A stretch of 63,889 nt of DNA, the filler included, from Reticulomyxa filosa (taxonomy: Eukaryota; Protista; Foraminifera), in NCBI GenBank assembly GCA_000512085.1. It is 14 parts of 14 records of this genome, joined end to end, with 100 filler letters (N's around TTAATTAATTAA, not from the genome) between each part and the next. Parts side by side here need not be neighbours in the genome. Positions count along the whole stretch, not along the records: positions 39,922 to 43,363 come from ASPP01050503.1; positions 43,464 to 46,409 come from ASPP01016503.1; positions 46,510 to 57,573 come from ASPP01003052.1; 11 more parts are not named here. One strand, 5' to 3'. Of this stretch, positions 40,900 to 54,235 are shown piece by piece. Numbering within the stretch: position 1 is the stretch's first letter; the number at the start of each line of letters is the position of its first letter. Below the pieces are notes generated by a model. It was not told where the DNA came from. It saw nothing but the letters and a program-made list of their open reading frames with translations, and made no database searches. A program made the translations under genes and the position numbers.

Positions 40900-43363
40900 A
40901 GAAAATATCCATGGTGTATAACTGCATTGGAACAATCGAAGCTTTAGAGGAAAGTATGATAAACTCTTGGCAACAAAGAATCATTGCATAAAGACAACAA
41001 CGATAACGACCCCGCAATCGACGATCCTCCAATTAAAAACATTCAATCCAAACAATCGCACAATCTTCGTCAATGGAAACAACAGGCGTTGTCAAATACA
41101 TTAGTTATCCTCTTTTTTCCTAGGGCGAAGTTATTGTCATTAAACAAGATTTGTCTTTTTTGAAACAATTTTTTTATATGTAATATGATATTTTGTTTTT
41201 TCTTTATAGACGTATGTCTTCATGGTGCTCATGACTGTATTTACAACAAATGAGATGTTTTTTTTTATCTTATTTTTGTTGTATATATAATATTTGCTTA
41301 AAGTCAAAGATATGTATTAATTTAGAATGACTTGATTCGAGCCCAAATGAAGAGGTAAACAAAGTTCAATTACCACAATTCAACCGATTCCGGAAGTGGA
41401 AACCACAGCGACGACGAAAGAGAAGAAAGCAAAAACAGCATTGGACAACGAGTGCAGAAAAAAAAAGTTAATCTGACCATATTTTTTTTTTAAACGATAT
41501 GCAATGCTAGACTTTGAAATTTGGAAAAATAGAAAATACAATAAATTGTAAAAAATACGGACGGAGAGAACGTATATGACGTTGAACTAGATGAAAAACA
41601 CATAAAGATACCGATGAGCAGTACAATCGAATGAAATGCTTCAGGTTTGTTATTGTTTGTCAATTGCCATTGAGATAGAAGGAATACGAGGACAAATGAA
41701 CAAAACAAAAATTTAATATTATTTTTTTTAAAAAAAAAAAGACCTGGATGACGATATATTTGTGCGAAAATATGTAATCAAAACGACAATCGACGGAAAC
41801 GACATTCTAAAATACAGCATAGAAATTGAACAGTGGACGCCATGGATACATAAAAAGACATTGAAGATATGGACGAAAGAGAAATATATGTTATCGAAAT
41901 CAACGTGTGGATTGGAGAATCAATAAATGCCGAGGTCGAACGAACAATGTACTTCAGTGTGAGTCACTGGCATAGCATAACTCGCTAATCCTTTAGCATT
42001 GAACGAATTCGGACCAAGACAGCAACGATAAATCTCTTGATTGGGTGAGACCGGAATGTACTAATGGCATGGTGGCCACAATCAATTTCGTTGGTAGCAT
42101 GCACTTCGTAACAGACGAAGAAGAAAATTATGAAGAATGGGACAAGCACGATGGCATGTACAAAGGAATATATTACTGTACATGTCCACCAAAGCAAGGA
42201 TTGTTTGTGAAAGAAGTAGAATGTCGCAGCAACGATGATCCCGAATCTTCAATATTTAAAACGACAATGTCCATAATATGAAGTTGCAAAGCTCTATTGG
42301 GAGCTTACAAAAGCGTCAGCATATTGAGTGACCATTGCTATCATCATGGGAGCAAATTCGGTTTTTCCAATGCTCAAAAGGTGAGCAAGTCGACTCGTGT
42401 TTAGATTACATTGCTGAAATGACGCTTTGTCAATTCTAACTCGCGAAGAGGATATCCACAATCTTCGAACTCGGTATCGTTAGATGAATAGACAATGAAT
42501 CTTTGAAGAAATCGATATCGACGATGAAAATATCCGAAACTGTCTCAAAAAGATCAAAATGATTTATAACTGTATCAAATCATGCCGACATTCCAAGAAA
42601 TGTTCAAAGCACCAAATTGATAGAAAACTGCTAAATTCCTACAGTCACAGTTCATCCGATATTACAAAGACATGGTGGAATTCAATGGAAGCTACAGAAC
42701 AAGTGTGACAATATCAAGTGGAAACCCGAAGGCGTCGGCGAACAAGGGAAACTCGATTGTTGTGGAAATTGGCGCTAATTTTATGGCGCAGAACAATAAT
42801 CAAAACGCAGGTACCTTTGGCACACTCAAGAATCAAGTTGAGTCATGGCACGCAAAAGAGCAAGAAAAACAATGCCCATACCAAAAAAAAATGATGACTT
42901 CCATCATTGGATCATTAATCCAAATGTTGGGTAATGGCCGTTATTCAAAATACTCACGTCCATGACCATACATTCATTTGACAAGGCCAAGATGTGTTCC
43001 TCATCACAAGGGCGATGACAATAGCTGATGGGCTTGGTAGTCGGAAAATATCGTAGATGAAAAGAAAAAAAGAGTATTCCGAGACTCTCAATAGAAGCTG
43101 CTTAACTGGTGTGACAATGTCCAATGGATGATCAAAATGATGATGACGACGAAACGCACTCCATATTCTATTCTACTTATCAGCCAATTGTTTCGAGACA
43201 TTGGACTGATATTGCTATATTTCAGCGATTTTGAGTTGGATGTGCGCGGAAGAACTAATATTGCTGTATCATTTGTAACGAAAAGCAATAACGTCGTGCC
43301 AGTCGATAATTGGATAGGCAGTTCAAAAGTGGCTCCACCATTTGACAAAACAAGGTAATGAAT
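40900..43363 (+). pseudogene. Decayed multi-CAP-Gly-domain gene
   Basis: Fragments ETTGVVKYISYP..*GEVI, SIEIEQWTP, ATINFVGSMHF...KHDGMYKGIYYCTCPPKQGLFVK and a decayed ELGIV-like block, with many stops and frameshifts between them. Confidence 0.65.
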
Positions 43364-43463
43364 NNNNNNNNNNNNNNNNNNNNNNNNNNNNNNNNNNNNN
43401 NNNNNNNTTAATTAATTAANNNNNNNNNNNNNNNNNNNNNNNNNNNNNNNNNNNNNNNNNNNN

Positions 43464-45764
43464 AAAACAAATGAATCAAATTTAATACATAAAAAAGGTG
43501 GAAGAACAAGATCAAAAAGCCAAAAAGAATCATTTGTATTCGAAAAAAAAAAACAAAGAGAGAGCGATAACAAAGTGGCAAGACTGGCATTGACTAGCAG
43601 TCCAGTCTTTGAGAAATTGCTTAGTTATTGTCTCACTCAATTGATCAATCATCTGCCAAGTGTACTCAGCTTGAAGCAAGAGCACATGGAAGAGCCCAAA
43701 AAGTTGAGTCGCTTTGATTTCAAACAAATGGATAAAATAAATAAATACATACATAAATACATAAATACATAAATAAATAAATAAATGAATAGACTTAACA
43801 CTCATAAACCATTCCAACATAATGCAATTGGCCTTCGCCGATACTTGAAGGGGATATATGTGCTGTTGAATATGTTGACAGAGGAAGTAATGTTACGTTT
43901 GCTGCTGATTCATATCAAAGATATTATATATATAATCATGGCACTGGGTGAAACGATTCAGCAATTGTTTGTAAAAAAGGCCACGTTTTTATGGTCCACC
44001 GGTACCCCTGTTGTGCGAATGGAAGCATTTTTGTTTCTGTACGAATGTGGGCGACGTTTGGAGAACAAGCCATTGCTCAAAGTTCTTAAATACATGTATC
44101 AAGCCTATGTCACAATGGCCAAGCGCTATTCCAAGTCCGCTGTGCCCGGGCTCAATTTCATGATGAACAGCTTGACGCAAATGTATTTGATTAATCCCGT
44201 GGTTGCATATCAGGATGCATTTCGTCGCTTACGAGCTGTCGCGCTTCACGTCAAAGAGTGCATCCAACTCATGAGTATGTTTTTTTTTTTATCTTTCTTT
44301 TCCATTGCAAATGATTGTGTAAACACACTCACAGCAAAGCACACTGCGAATACAACGAGGTTCCGTGAACACCACGAACAAAAACTGAAACGCAATAAAC
44401 AAAACGCACTGCAGTCAGTTTACAACTGGCGTTTTATCAATATCATGCGACTATGGGCAAAGTTTTGCAATCTGCGTATATTTGTGTACATACGTTGGTC
44501 TCAATGTTTTACAAAAAATCTTCTTGTCTTGACGATCAAATCAAAATCAAAATTACATAAATAACAATATATAAATAATACATAGAATTTTAGCCAGTCA
44601 CGCGCCAAAAAATAACAGCGATGTCCATTTGTTATATTATCCATACATGCAAGTCGCCATGTCGGTGCTCGGGTTATCTCGCTCCCGAATGTATGATCCA
44701 ACACGAATATTGATAATGGATTCGGTGCTGGGCATCATCCATGCGTGTGAAGAGTGCAACTTGCCCGATCGTCGCATTTTCGTGCCTTTGGTGCCGGAAA
44801 TATTGCAAATCTTGGATAATCCGGCATTTGCAAAGAAACCAAAAGCAATAGGCAATAAAAATAACAAGGACAAGAATAATGACAATAGCAATAGCAATAA
44901 CAATAACAATAACAATAACAATAACGATAACGATAACAATAACGATGATGATAAAGACAAAAATAAAAACAAAAATAATTCCACAAAAGATCAAACCATC
45001 GATTTGCGAATCGAATTGAAAATACCAAATGGATATTTCAATACGATGGCTTTACATAGCGCTTTGATTCAAAATTGCTCGCGATTGCTGTTTTTATACT
45101 ACTCCCACTACTCGTACAGCATTGCCTTTCCAGAGCTGAGCTTGCCATCACAAAGCTTTTTGCAAGAGTTTTTGGCCAATCCAAGCATCTCAAACTCGCT
45201 AAAGAAAGTGCCTCGCTTGCTTTTAAAAGCTTTGAAGGACAATACCAACTGGATTAACAACAAACGCAAGACAGTTGACTTTTCGCCCAAAGACGCTCAA
45301 AAAGTCAATAGTTTCTTAGTTAAGTCGCATTTCTTTCTTTATTTACAATGTTATATGATATATTGTTATATATCACATAATTATTCAATCTTGCTACTTT
45401 TCTAGGTCGATGAACGAAGAAACAAAAACAGTCCCTTGTCCAAATTTGTTAAATCGAAGGAATTCTATACCCTTTGTCTGTCTCGTCCTGACCCAACAAA
45501 GATCGCACAAAAAACCCAAAAACAAAAAAAAATGACAATGCCAATCACAAATCAAAGAAAAAATCATTTGACAAAAAAGCCAAGCCTCAAACTCGAAACA
45601 ATAAACCCTTGGCTGAAACGCAAAATAGCAACAACGGCAATAACAACAAAGCAAATTCAAAGAAAAACAAAACCAACTCGAAGAAAGGTAAAACAAACCC
45701 CAACGAAGACAAACCGCACGTTTCTGAAGACATTGTTGAGATTTTAAACCCTGCCGACTTGTAA
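43464..45764 (+). CDS. NOC2: Nucleolar complex protein 2 (60S biogenesis), 5'-truncated, multi-exon
   Basis: FLWSTG..VRMEAFLFL, GLNFMMNSLTQMY, AYQDAFRRLRAVALH, SVYNWRFI and YSIAFPEL are Noc2 blocks. The C-terminal EDIVE motif is reached after an apparent indel in A9 at 45524-45532. Confidence 0.88.
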
Positions 45765-46070
45765 AAACCTTCAAATCACATAAACAATCAAAAATAAAAC
45801 CTAAAAAAATGAGTTAATCACATCCCAATGTGAATTCATGAATTATCTTGTTGCATTTGTAAAACTTGTTTTTATTTTAACATAATCCTAAAAAAAATTG
45901 CCTATCAATTGGTATCAAAGTAAACACACCAGATCCACCTTTTATTTTCTATTGTTGTTGCGGGCAATCTTTTCTTTAATATTAACTCATTTTTAATGTC
46001 GTGTCGGGCACGACAGAAAGAGAATTTTTTATATATAAAAAAAAGGAGGCAAAGAAGGAGAGGGGGAATA

Positions 46071-46409
46071 ATGGCAGAATCAACCTCTTTAGATGCGAGA
46101 ACGCAAGGCCAGAGATTTACACTACTCGCTCATCTTGAGCAAGTGGCGAATGATTTATTCGAGAGAAAAAAGAAAATGGACTCGGACAGTGACAAAACGA
46201 GCTCAAAACTGGACGAAAATGATGGGTATTGTTTTTTACTGACTGTTTGTATCGAGCAGTGCTTGACATTTGGAATGCACAGTTAATGAGCAAATGGACA
46301 GGATTGAGACAATGGGATGTTTCTAAAAAGGATGGGAATGAGGAGGCAAGGAGGGGAGAGAGAGAGAGAAAAAGAATCAAGGAAGGAAGGAACAAAAAAA
46401 AAAAAAAAA
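46071..46409 (+). CDS. 5' end of a hypothetical protein
   Basis: AAT AAT G context, MAESTSLDARTQGQRFTLLAHLEQVANDLFERK, probable donor near 46226; contig ends. Confidence 0.4.
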
Positions 46410-46509
46410 NNNNNNNNNNNNNNNNNNNNNNNNNNNNNNNNNNNNNNNNNNNNTTAATTAATTAANNNNNNNNNNNNNNNNNNNNNNNNNNNNNNNNNNN
46501 NNNNNNNNN

Positions 46510-48185
46510 AGAAGAAGGAGAAGAAGGAGAAGAAGAAGGAGAAGAAGAAGGAGAAGAAGAGGAAGAAGAAGAAGAAGAGAAAGAGGAAAAAGAAGAGCAC
46601 ACAAATGCAAATGGAAAGGAAGAAGATGAAAAAACAGCCGCTCAACCTCGTTTCCAAGGCATCGCAATGGAGCAATGGCCAAGTGTTGGACAAGATAGTC
46701 CAGTCAATCGGGTCAATAGACAAGAAAGGGATCGGGAAAATGCCGACAATGGAAACCAAGGCCAGCTCGATATCAGAGGATGAAATGATGCTGTTAACCG
46801 CCCTGGAGCCTCCAAAAAAAGCAAAGGCATTCGTGAGGAAAGACACCGCGGACGATGCAGACACGAGCAATGCAAATCGTCCGCGACAAAAAGCCATTTA
46901 TTCTGAAAAGTCGACGCCAAAAGCAATGAACAACGGCGTCCTTCTTCCCTCCACTGACAATCCCTCTGAGGCTTTGTATCAAAAGCACAACATTCCTGAT
47001 CACTTGAAGCATCTCGTGCATAATTTGGATAACAAAAAAACTACAACTACAACTGCTACTGCTTCAACTATGATTGCAACAGCAACAACAGGAAAGTCAC
47101 CCAATCAACAACCACCTATTCAAGATCTTGATTGGGCGTTCTTATCTGTGAATGAAGACAACAAGGATGATTTTCAACTCAATGCAAATGAAAATGCTGG
47201 TTTGTTTTTGTGTTTTAATTTTTTTGGATTTTAAAGTTATTAAAAATAAAAAAAGATGATGATGAGGAAGAAGCGGATGAATGGGGTGCGGTTGATGATG
47301 AGGCAATTGATCGACAGAATCGCGTTTCTCCAAAAAGCAAAGACAAAGATAGAAGCAAAAGCGAAGTGAATGAAAAGAAAAAAAATACGAGCGATAAAAT
47401 AGCTCCGGTGCCAATTGTGATTGCAGTAAGCAACTCGGGTGCCCCTCCTGTGGAACACGCAGTTGATCCAACCGAATCGGATGAAGAGAAACAAGAAGTT
47501 TCCAAAGCCAGCTCTCTTGAAGAGCGTTTGATTGAGTCATTGGGACCCCACACCGATCCAAAAACTGGTCCGCAAAACCCTTCCAAATCACCTTCTGCTC
47601 GTTCTTCTTCTTCCATCTCTACTGCTGCTTTCACGTCGAATCCGACCACTCCTAATAGTCGCAGATATGCCCGAACAACTGCGGTAACAACAACGCCGGC
47701 AATAGCAACAGCAATACCATTGACGACAATAGCAACAACAAATCCTATCTCTGTTGCAACTGTTTCGTCAAGCAAGCCAGCTGATAAACAAATAAACAGT
47801 GATTACGATAACAACCCGAATGCAAAATTACAGTTGAAATCACCGTCAACGAGCAACAGTGCAAACAGCCTCAAAAATCAATCTGTATCCAAGAAGACAC
47901 AACCGACGACCACAAAGGCCAACCAAGCCACAGTCACAACCAATGGAAGTGCAAACAAACTACAAAAAGAAGCCTCTGAAAAAACACGAACAACTTTACC
48001 AAAAGTACCTACTAATACAATAACAATAACAATAATATCAATACCATTACGAATGATAACAATAACAATGACAATAAAAAAAAAACACAAAAAATGCCAA
48101 TGACTCAAACAATAGCGGCAACAATAAAAACAAAGGCAATGAAAAGAGCTATCCCACACCTAAGCTTTCAGCTCAAAAACAATAA
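46510..48185 (+). CDS. C-terminal low-complexity (K/E, T/S/N-rich) region of a hypothetical protein
   Basis: Long open frames joined by a GTT..A-tract-AG intron at about 47200-47255. Starts in a (GAA/GGA)n tract; probable homopolymer indels near the end. Confidence 0.55.
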
Positions 48186-49059
48186 AAAAAGAGTGTATCA
48201 AAACAACGAAGGAATTTATCTATCGATGTCTGTAGATGATGGAAATAGTTGTCTAATAACATGTGGACCACATTTTGCGTTTATGTTATTAAAAATTAGC
48301 TTGTGATCAAAAAACAAAATTAATGACATTCCATTAATTTGACTGAAATAAACTCCCTTCTTCAAATAAGCGACTTCTTTTTACGGTTTTTTATTGTATA
48401 GCATTATATATTTTGATTGTGATTTGCGACTTAGTTTACGTTCCTCACGTTGCCCGATATTGCGAATGTGTTTTAATGGTATAACCATAAGTGATTTTTT
48501 TAAAAAATCTCATACTGTGTTTATCGGCAAAAAAGGCATGCATAGAAATATTATTAATCTACTAGCGTGTTGTGATCAAACGAAATTTTTGGTTTTAAAT
48601 ATATTGCTTGTTAATATAATAACAAGCTAGACAAATACGTTTTTTAAATTTTTAAAAAAATTGTTGTTACGTCTTCTCAGCAAAGCCTCGAAAGCTAGTT
48701 GCCTGAGAAAGTTGAACAGTATATCGACGGACATACTAGCATAATAATGATGATTGTTAAGAAAGTCCAAAAAACTAAGTTGGAAAGAAGTCACGATATT
48801 ACAAGAAAGCATGAATTCGATATGTCGTTTGAGAATTAACAAATTTTTTTATTGATCTTTTAGCTATGTGTTAATTTTAGAAAGAAGGAAAAGTGTTCCA
48901 TTTGATGTCAGCATTTGCTCTTTTTAACAACTTTTTCAATTTATTTACGTTTTTGTGGTTGGATATGCTCCTTGGTGGCGGGGTCATATAACAGTCTATC
49001 TAAAAAAAATAAATTAAACTATTTTGTTCAAGTAACATATTATTTAAAAATATGATCAG

Positions 49060-49420
49060 TCATTGTTTTCACATTCAAGCTGCATGTTCCTTTGCGTCGT
49101 GTCCAATGTGTGGAATTCAAGAACGATCTTATTATCTGTGTGTCCTGTTACAAAGTAAGAAAAGAATACAATTAATATGTAAATATCCAGATTGTTTGGA
49201 ATTAGAAGAACACAATATTGAAATGTAAAGTAAGTGATTATAACAAAGTGTTGATAGAGTTATCTTTCGGTGGGAAAATAAACATAAATTAATAATGAAA
49301 TGTAATATCGTATGAAATGAAATGTATAATTCTCATGAAAATAAATAATTGTTGTGGCAAACACTATAAGAAATACAATCAAGAATGATGATCTAAAAGA
49401 TTTGCATGCACTAATTTGAG
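49060..49420 (+). pseudogene. Remnant of the Kelch-like family
   Basis: KLHVPLRRVQCVEFKNDLIIC matches the LP..L...QC...K.E.LICGG family start. A later LSFGG remnant lies at about 49259-49275; heavily disrupted. Confidence 0.6.
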
Positions 49421-49509
49421 TAAGCGAAAGTTAATTTTATTTTTAGTAAACAACATCAATAACATATCAGTTTTCAATTTCTATCATTTGAGTAAGTGAT
49501 AAAAGATAA

Positions 49510-49926
49510 ATGTATGTACAAAATCTTGACAAATAAAATGGCACCTTATGATGAATTTTATAAGTCAAAAATCATCACAAGTCAAAATATTAATAATATT
49601 TAAAAAAACATATCAAGCTATAATAATAAACTTGGACATTGTAATAACAAAAGAATAGAACAAATAGTAAAACTTAAAGATAAATATTTCGAAAATTCAA
49701 AAAAAAAGTTGCTAAAATCAAAAAAATTACGAAAATTAATAATAAAACAAATGTTGTAAAAAATGATTAAAATATTTGTAATTTGCAAAAAATTATAGAA
49801 AAAAATAAAATATATTTTGAAACACTTGAAGATTTGTATATATTTTTTAAATGTTAATGTTTGACTTAAAAATTGATCATCTTCATAAGGTGCAATTTTA
49901 GTTTATCAAGACTTTTGTACATACAT
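49510..49926. mobile_element. MITE-like element, about 417 bp, with imperfect terminal inverted repeats
   Basis: Left ATGTATGTACAAAATCTTGACAAATAAAATGGCACCTTATGATGA; the right end reverse-complements to ATGTATGTACAAAAGTCTTGATAAACTAAAATTGCACCTTATGAAGA. AT-rich non-coding interior. Confidence 0.75.
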
Positions 49927-50689
49927 GCATATTACTAGTTGGTCATTATTAGTGTGACTGCTTTGTCAAACAAATAACAGTTAAATCCTTCCTTCGACTG
50001 TCAATTGCAAAGTCATATTGTTTGGATGTTATGACGCTGACAGATTCTTAACCAAAGTCTTTACTTATTTTGTTACATGCTCTTGGATCAAGAATAAGTG
50101 TTTTTTTTTTACTATTTGACTAGGGTTTGCTTTCACTTCACATAACTTTTTAAAAAATTACTGCATAAAATCATTTGGTGAGTGCCAAGATATTTAACAA
50201 TATAATGTCTGTGGACTGAATATTCTGAAAGACAATCTTTTTTGATTGTAGCAAATAATTTTGTGAAAATGTCAACTGAAACATCTTTGGAGCTAAGATA
50301 ATTTTATTTATATGTTTATTTTTTTCGATTGGTGCATATAGAAACGAAATGAACGTACATATCATTATCATCTTATGTGCATGATATTTTTTATTTTGAA
50401 AAAAGAAAAAAATGGTTTTGTAATGAGTTGTTGCATAACAAATTATACACGCAATTCGATCTCAAAACATCAAAACTTGCTAGAAATACACTGAATTTCA
50501 AACACATATTTATGTTATTCTCAGTTTGTACAATGAATGACACTTTTGATTTGTTTGAACTATTTGTATTCTTCATTCAAATTATTTTTTCGGACATAAT
50601 GACTTTTTTTTCCAAGATAAAAATGTAAACAATGCAAAGATTTCTTTATTTTTTGTTTCGCTTAAAATGTGATCTTATGACAAAAAAAA

Positions 50690-50856
50690 TTGTGGACTGG
50701 ATACTTCCAGATTATCAATATTTTCACAATCACACTGATAGTATGACCAGTGTAAAGTTTTACCGGATGGTTGTATAAGTATCAGGTTCATGTGATGGTA
50801 CAATTCGAGTGTGGGACGTAGCGTCCGGAACGGAAATAAGCCAACTTAAAGGAGAT
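50690..50856 (+). pseudogene. WD40-repeat remnant
   Basis: HTDSMTSVKF/PDG/VSGSCDGTIRVWDVASGTEISQLKG with frameshifts; no flanking gene body. Confidence 0.7.
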
Positions 50857-51558
50857 CCTGGCGAATTTACATTCTTGTTTTTTAATTTAACAAATCACGC
50901 CTCTTTTGAAGCATCTTTTTTACAAAAGAAGGAAAAAAACGAGAAAACAAACCCATTTTTCAACTTTTCCCAAATTTTGAATAGACAAAAATTAAACTAC
51001 AACTAATTTTTTTCTTATTTGCTCAGATTTTTGCAGTTCGGCGCGCAACACGATTTATCTTTTTCGCCAAAGTAAACACATAGTACGTCTCTCGTTTGTT
51101 GTTATAGTTCTTTATTGTTAGATCAACTTATTAGGAGAAAGCTATTCTTGCAGTACGCATTTGCTACGTATTTTTTCTTGAGTTGTTACATTCAATTGAA
51201 TAATTTGAGATTCAAATAGAAGAGCACAAAAAAAAAACATATGAAAACTTTGTAACTCTGAAACTGTATTGTCAATAGTGGAAAAAAAAAGTTTCCTTGG
51301 CATCTTGTCCTCAAATTTTATAAGTATAAAACCAAACTTTATGGAGCAAAGTTTTTGTAAAGATATGACGAACCATTTATTTTTTCACTGTGCCGTCACT
51401 AATTCGGTTTTTCTGAAAAAAAGGATAGCCGAGATAGATTATCAAGAAATGATAATTCGAAAGGGACAAAAAAATAAAATTTGGTATTAAATTGGACGGG
51501 ATAAGACAAAATGGGTATACAAAATCATTCCGAACTTTTCCTTTTTATATTTGAATGC

Positions 51559-52029
51559 TTATTGAGTGATTTGTTCTCTTCTACACGAATCCTGAAGTAA
51601 CTCAGTGTCAACATCTTTTTTGGTCATTATTACGTATCGAACGACAGATCCTCTCACAAAGCAATTTTTGACCGATATCTGATGCATAGGATTTGTGTAC
51701 CGAATTATCAATGCGTCCATTTTATCCGCTCTTTTTTTCCTAAAACAAAAAAAATAAATAGACAGCATAAAACCTAACCAATTGTGGATATTTTTCTTTT
51801 TCTACTACTTCAACATTATCCAATTTAATGTTTAAATATTGGTCCACTGCTATTAGTATCCCTTTCAACAGTAAATTATTTTTTAATTCTACTGTCACTT
51901 GTTTCCCTTCCAACGTCTTAAAAAACGAATAAAACAACTGTTAATATTTTGCGTGTCACCGGGTTTAAAATATGCACAACGAAGCCAAAACATTTGAAAT
52001 TAAAAAACATTAAACACAAGACTTACCAT
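51559..52029 (-). CDS. LSM2: U6 snRNA-associated Sm-like protein LSm2, 3 exons
   Basis: ATG 52029-52027, introns 51938-52026 and 51679-51778. Spliced product M-LFYSFFKTLEGKQVTVELKN...VDQYLNIKL...KYPQL-ISVKNCFVRGSVVRYV...VDTELLQD. Confidence 0.95.
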
Positions 52030-52313
52030 TATCACTGTCTATTGTATATTCTTCAACAGAATGTTTGATGACGCGTTGTATATAATTTGTGTTTTTTCGT
52101 AAGGGGTTTCCAACAGTAGAACGTCTATTGAACGATTTAGATGAAAAAAGCTGTCAATGCAAACCAATAAAATAAGGAAAAGATATTTTAAAAAAGATAA
52201 GGATACTAAGAGCTGTAAACGCAAAAAAAAGGGGGTATGTCTGTGAAAGCGTTGTAAACTTGTTTGTGTTTGAATTCTCCGCATTCCTGTTTAACTAAAA
52301 AAGGGGGTGAGGA

Positions 52314-53838
52314 ATGTTTTGGTGGCAAAAATCGTATCCAAGTCCGTACGCAGCGTGGTTTGCAGTGGTATGGTTGATTCCGATTAATATACTGGTGGCC
52401 TGCGTGTGGTGCAAGCAGCTTGTCTATTGTTTTTGCAGTGACCGTATAGCCTACATCACGCATGAGCAAAAGAACGGAAAAGGATCAGCACTGCCATCGC
52501 CAACGTCATCTCCGAAACAGAGCCCACTACGAAAGCAGGACATTAAAAAAGAGGATTCGAGTTATTATGGATCGCAGACACAGAGACCGCAAAGTGAAAA
52601 GGAAACATTCAATCATTGTCGAACGTATTTTTATTGGCACCAATGAAAAGTCAGGAGTTGTCACAATCAGTATCAGACGTACCAATATTACCAAATACAT
52701 ATACGCACGAACAGAACGGATTCTCAGCGACCTTGCAATTGCAAGAGATACCCGAACAATTGGCGAATAAAGGAAGCAGTCTTGCACATAATCATCCGGA
52801 TATGAACATGCGCGACAAAGCACAAATCCTGACAACGATGACCACGATGACAACGATGACCACGATGACAACAGGGACGGTACCAATTGCAAACGTACAA
52901 TCAACAAGTAGCAATAATAACAACAATAATCAGACAATTGGATTTATCGAAGTAAAACGGTTGGCAAAGAAACCTGACAAAATTACACGGTATTCCATAT
53001 TTGTGGCAGCAACGTCGGCTATGATGTTTTGTACATATTGTTTGATGTCGAATGTGATGGAGCTGTTTTTCCATATCGCTTTGGGATGCGGCGTGAACGC
53101 CATTTTCGGCATTACACTAGTGTGCTTCCATCGCTGTGGCATTTACACATTTTACATTTATCGCATTCAAACCACTTTTCGTAAGTCCGTTTTCGAATTT
53201 CACATCAGTACCGTCATTCTCTATTCTTTCATGGTTTTACTCGGACTTGGGGGCTCTGGTGTCTTCTACGCGCTTTATATCTATTTCCAAGGCTGTCAAA
53301 TGACTATCGCTCTTGCTCCTTGCATTGTCTCTGATCTCTTTCTTGCCTTCACCATCACCTTTACTTTCTTGCGCAGGCTTCTCCAATTTTCCAGATTTGC
53401 CGATCGCCGTTCCACTGCATGTTAGTTTATGTCTACACTTTTTTAAAAAATATTTGTACATATATATGTTATTATTAAGTGTAATAAAAGTAAAAAAAAA
53501 AAAAAAAAATAGCCGTGTCTTCGCTGAAAGATCATGGAAACCGATTGAAGTATTTGCTGTTTAAACTTGCAGTATTGTACGGCGTCACATTTATCTCTAC
53601 CATTTGCACGGCTATAGCCATATACACCACTGAAATTTATGGTGCTTTCGTTTCCACAGATATACTCATCACCATTACTTCCATGTTGTTAACGTTTCAA
53701 TGGAGTGATCACATCTATCGGCGCATTTTGGCCAAATGTGGCTTTATTGTCCTTCAAGAATGGATTTTTGGAAAGGACTACATTGTTACCATGAATTTGT
53801 CTCGTGTTGATTACTCCAATGTCTCACGCTCTGTCTAG
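52314..53838 (+). CDS. Seven-transmembrane-like membrane protein with long first loop (apparent frameshift near 52600-52640)
   Basis: About seven hydrophobic helices across ORFs 52314-52646, 52616-53425 and 53515-53838; intron about 53421-53512. Confidence 0.6.
52832..52867 (+). repeat. 9-bp tandem repeat x4 encoding (TTM)4
   Basis: ACAACGATG and ACCACGATG alternate. Confidence 0.85.
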
Positions 53839-54235
53839 CATTTTATCGCTTTCTTTTTTCCCTTTGTGCATCGGTCCTAGTTAACGGCTAAGTACACAAA
53901 ATACGTAAGGTTTTAGGGTGTAACTTCTTTCTGGCTCAGAAAAAGATATTGTTGCATCTTTTTAAGTATATATTACAAATCACATATTTTTTTTGCGAAT
54001 TTTTCTGTCGACTTTTGTAATATTTAATAAAAAAAAGCGGGTGGAAGTGCCAAACAGCAAAATTAAGCATCTAACTCCCCATACTCCCCTTTAAACAACA
54101 TTAAAAAAAAAAGTAAACCGAGAACATATTTGAAAAGCACAAATCAAAGCACATCCATCAATCTCTTTTTCTTTTATTTGTTTTGCTAATGCTCTATTCT
54201 GATCCTTCAAGACAAGGACATTTTTTATTTTTCTC

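Noticed and set aside
39684-45028. Poly-Tyr, poly-Leu, (IV)n and (CY)n ORFs
   Set aside because: Alternative-frame or antisense readings of poly-Asn microsatellites.
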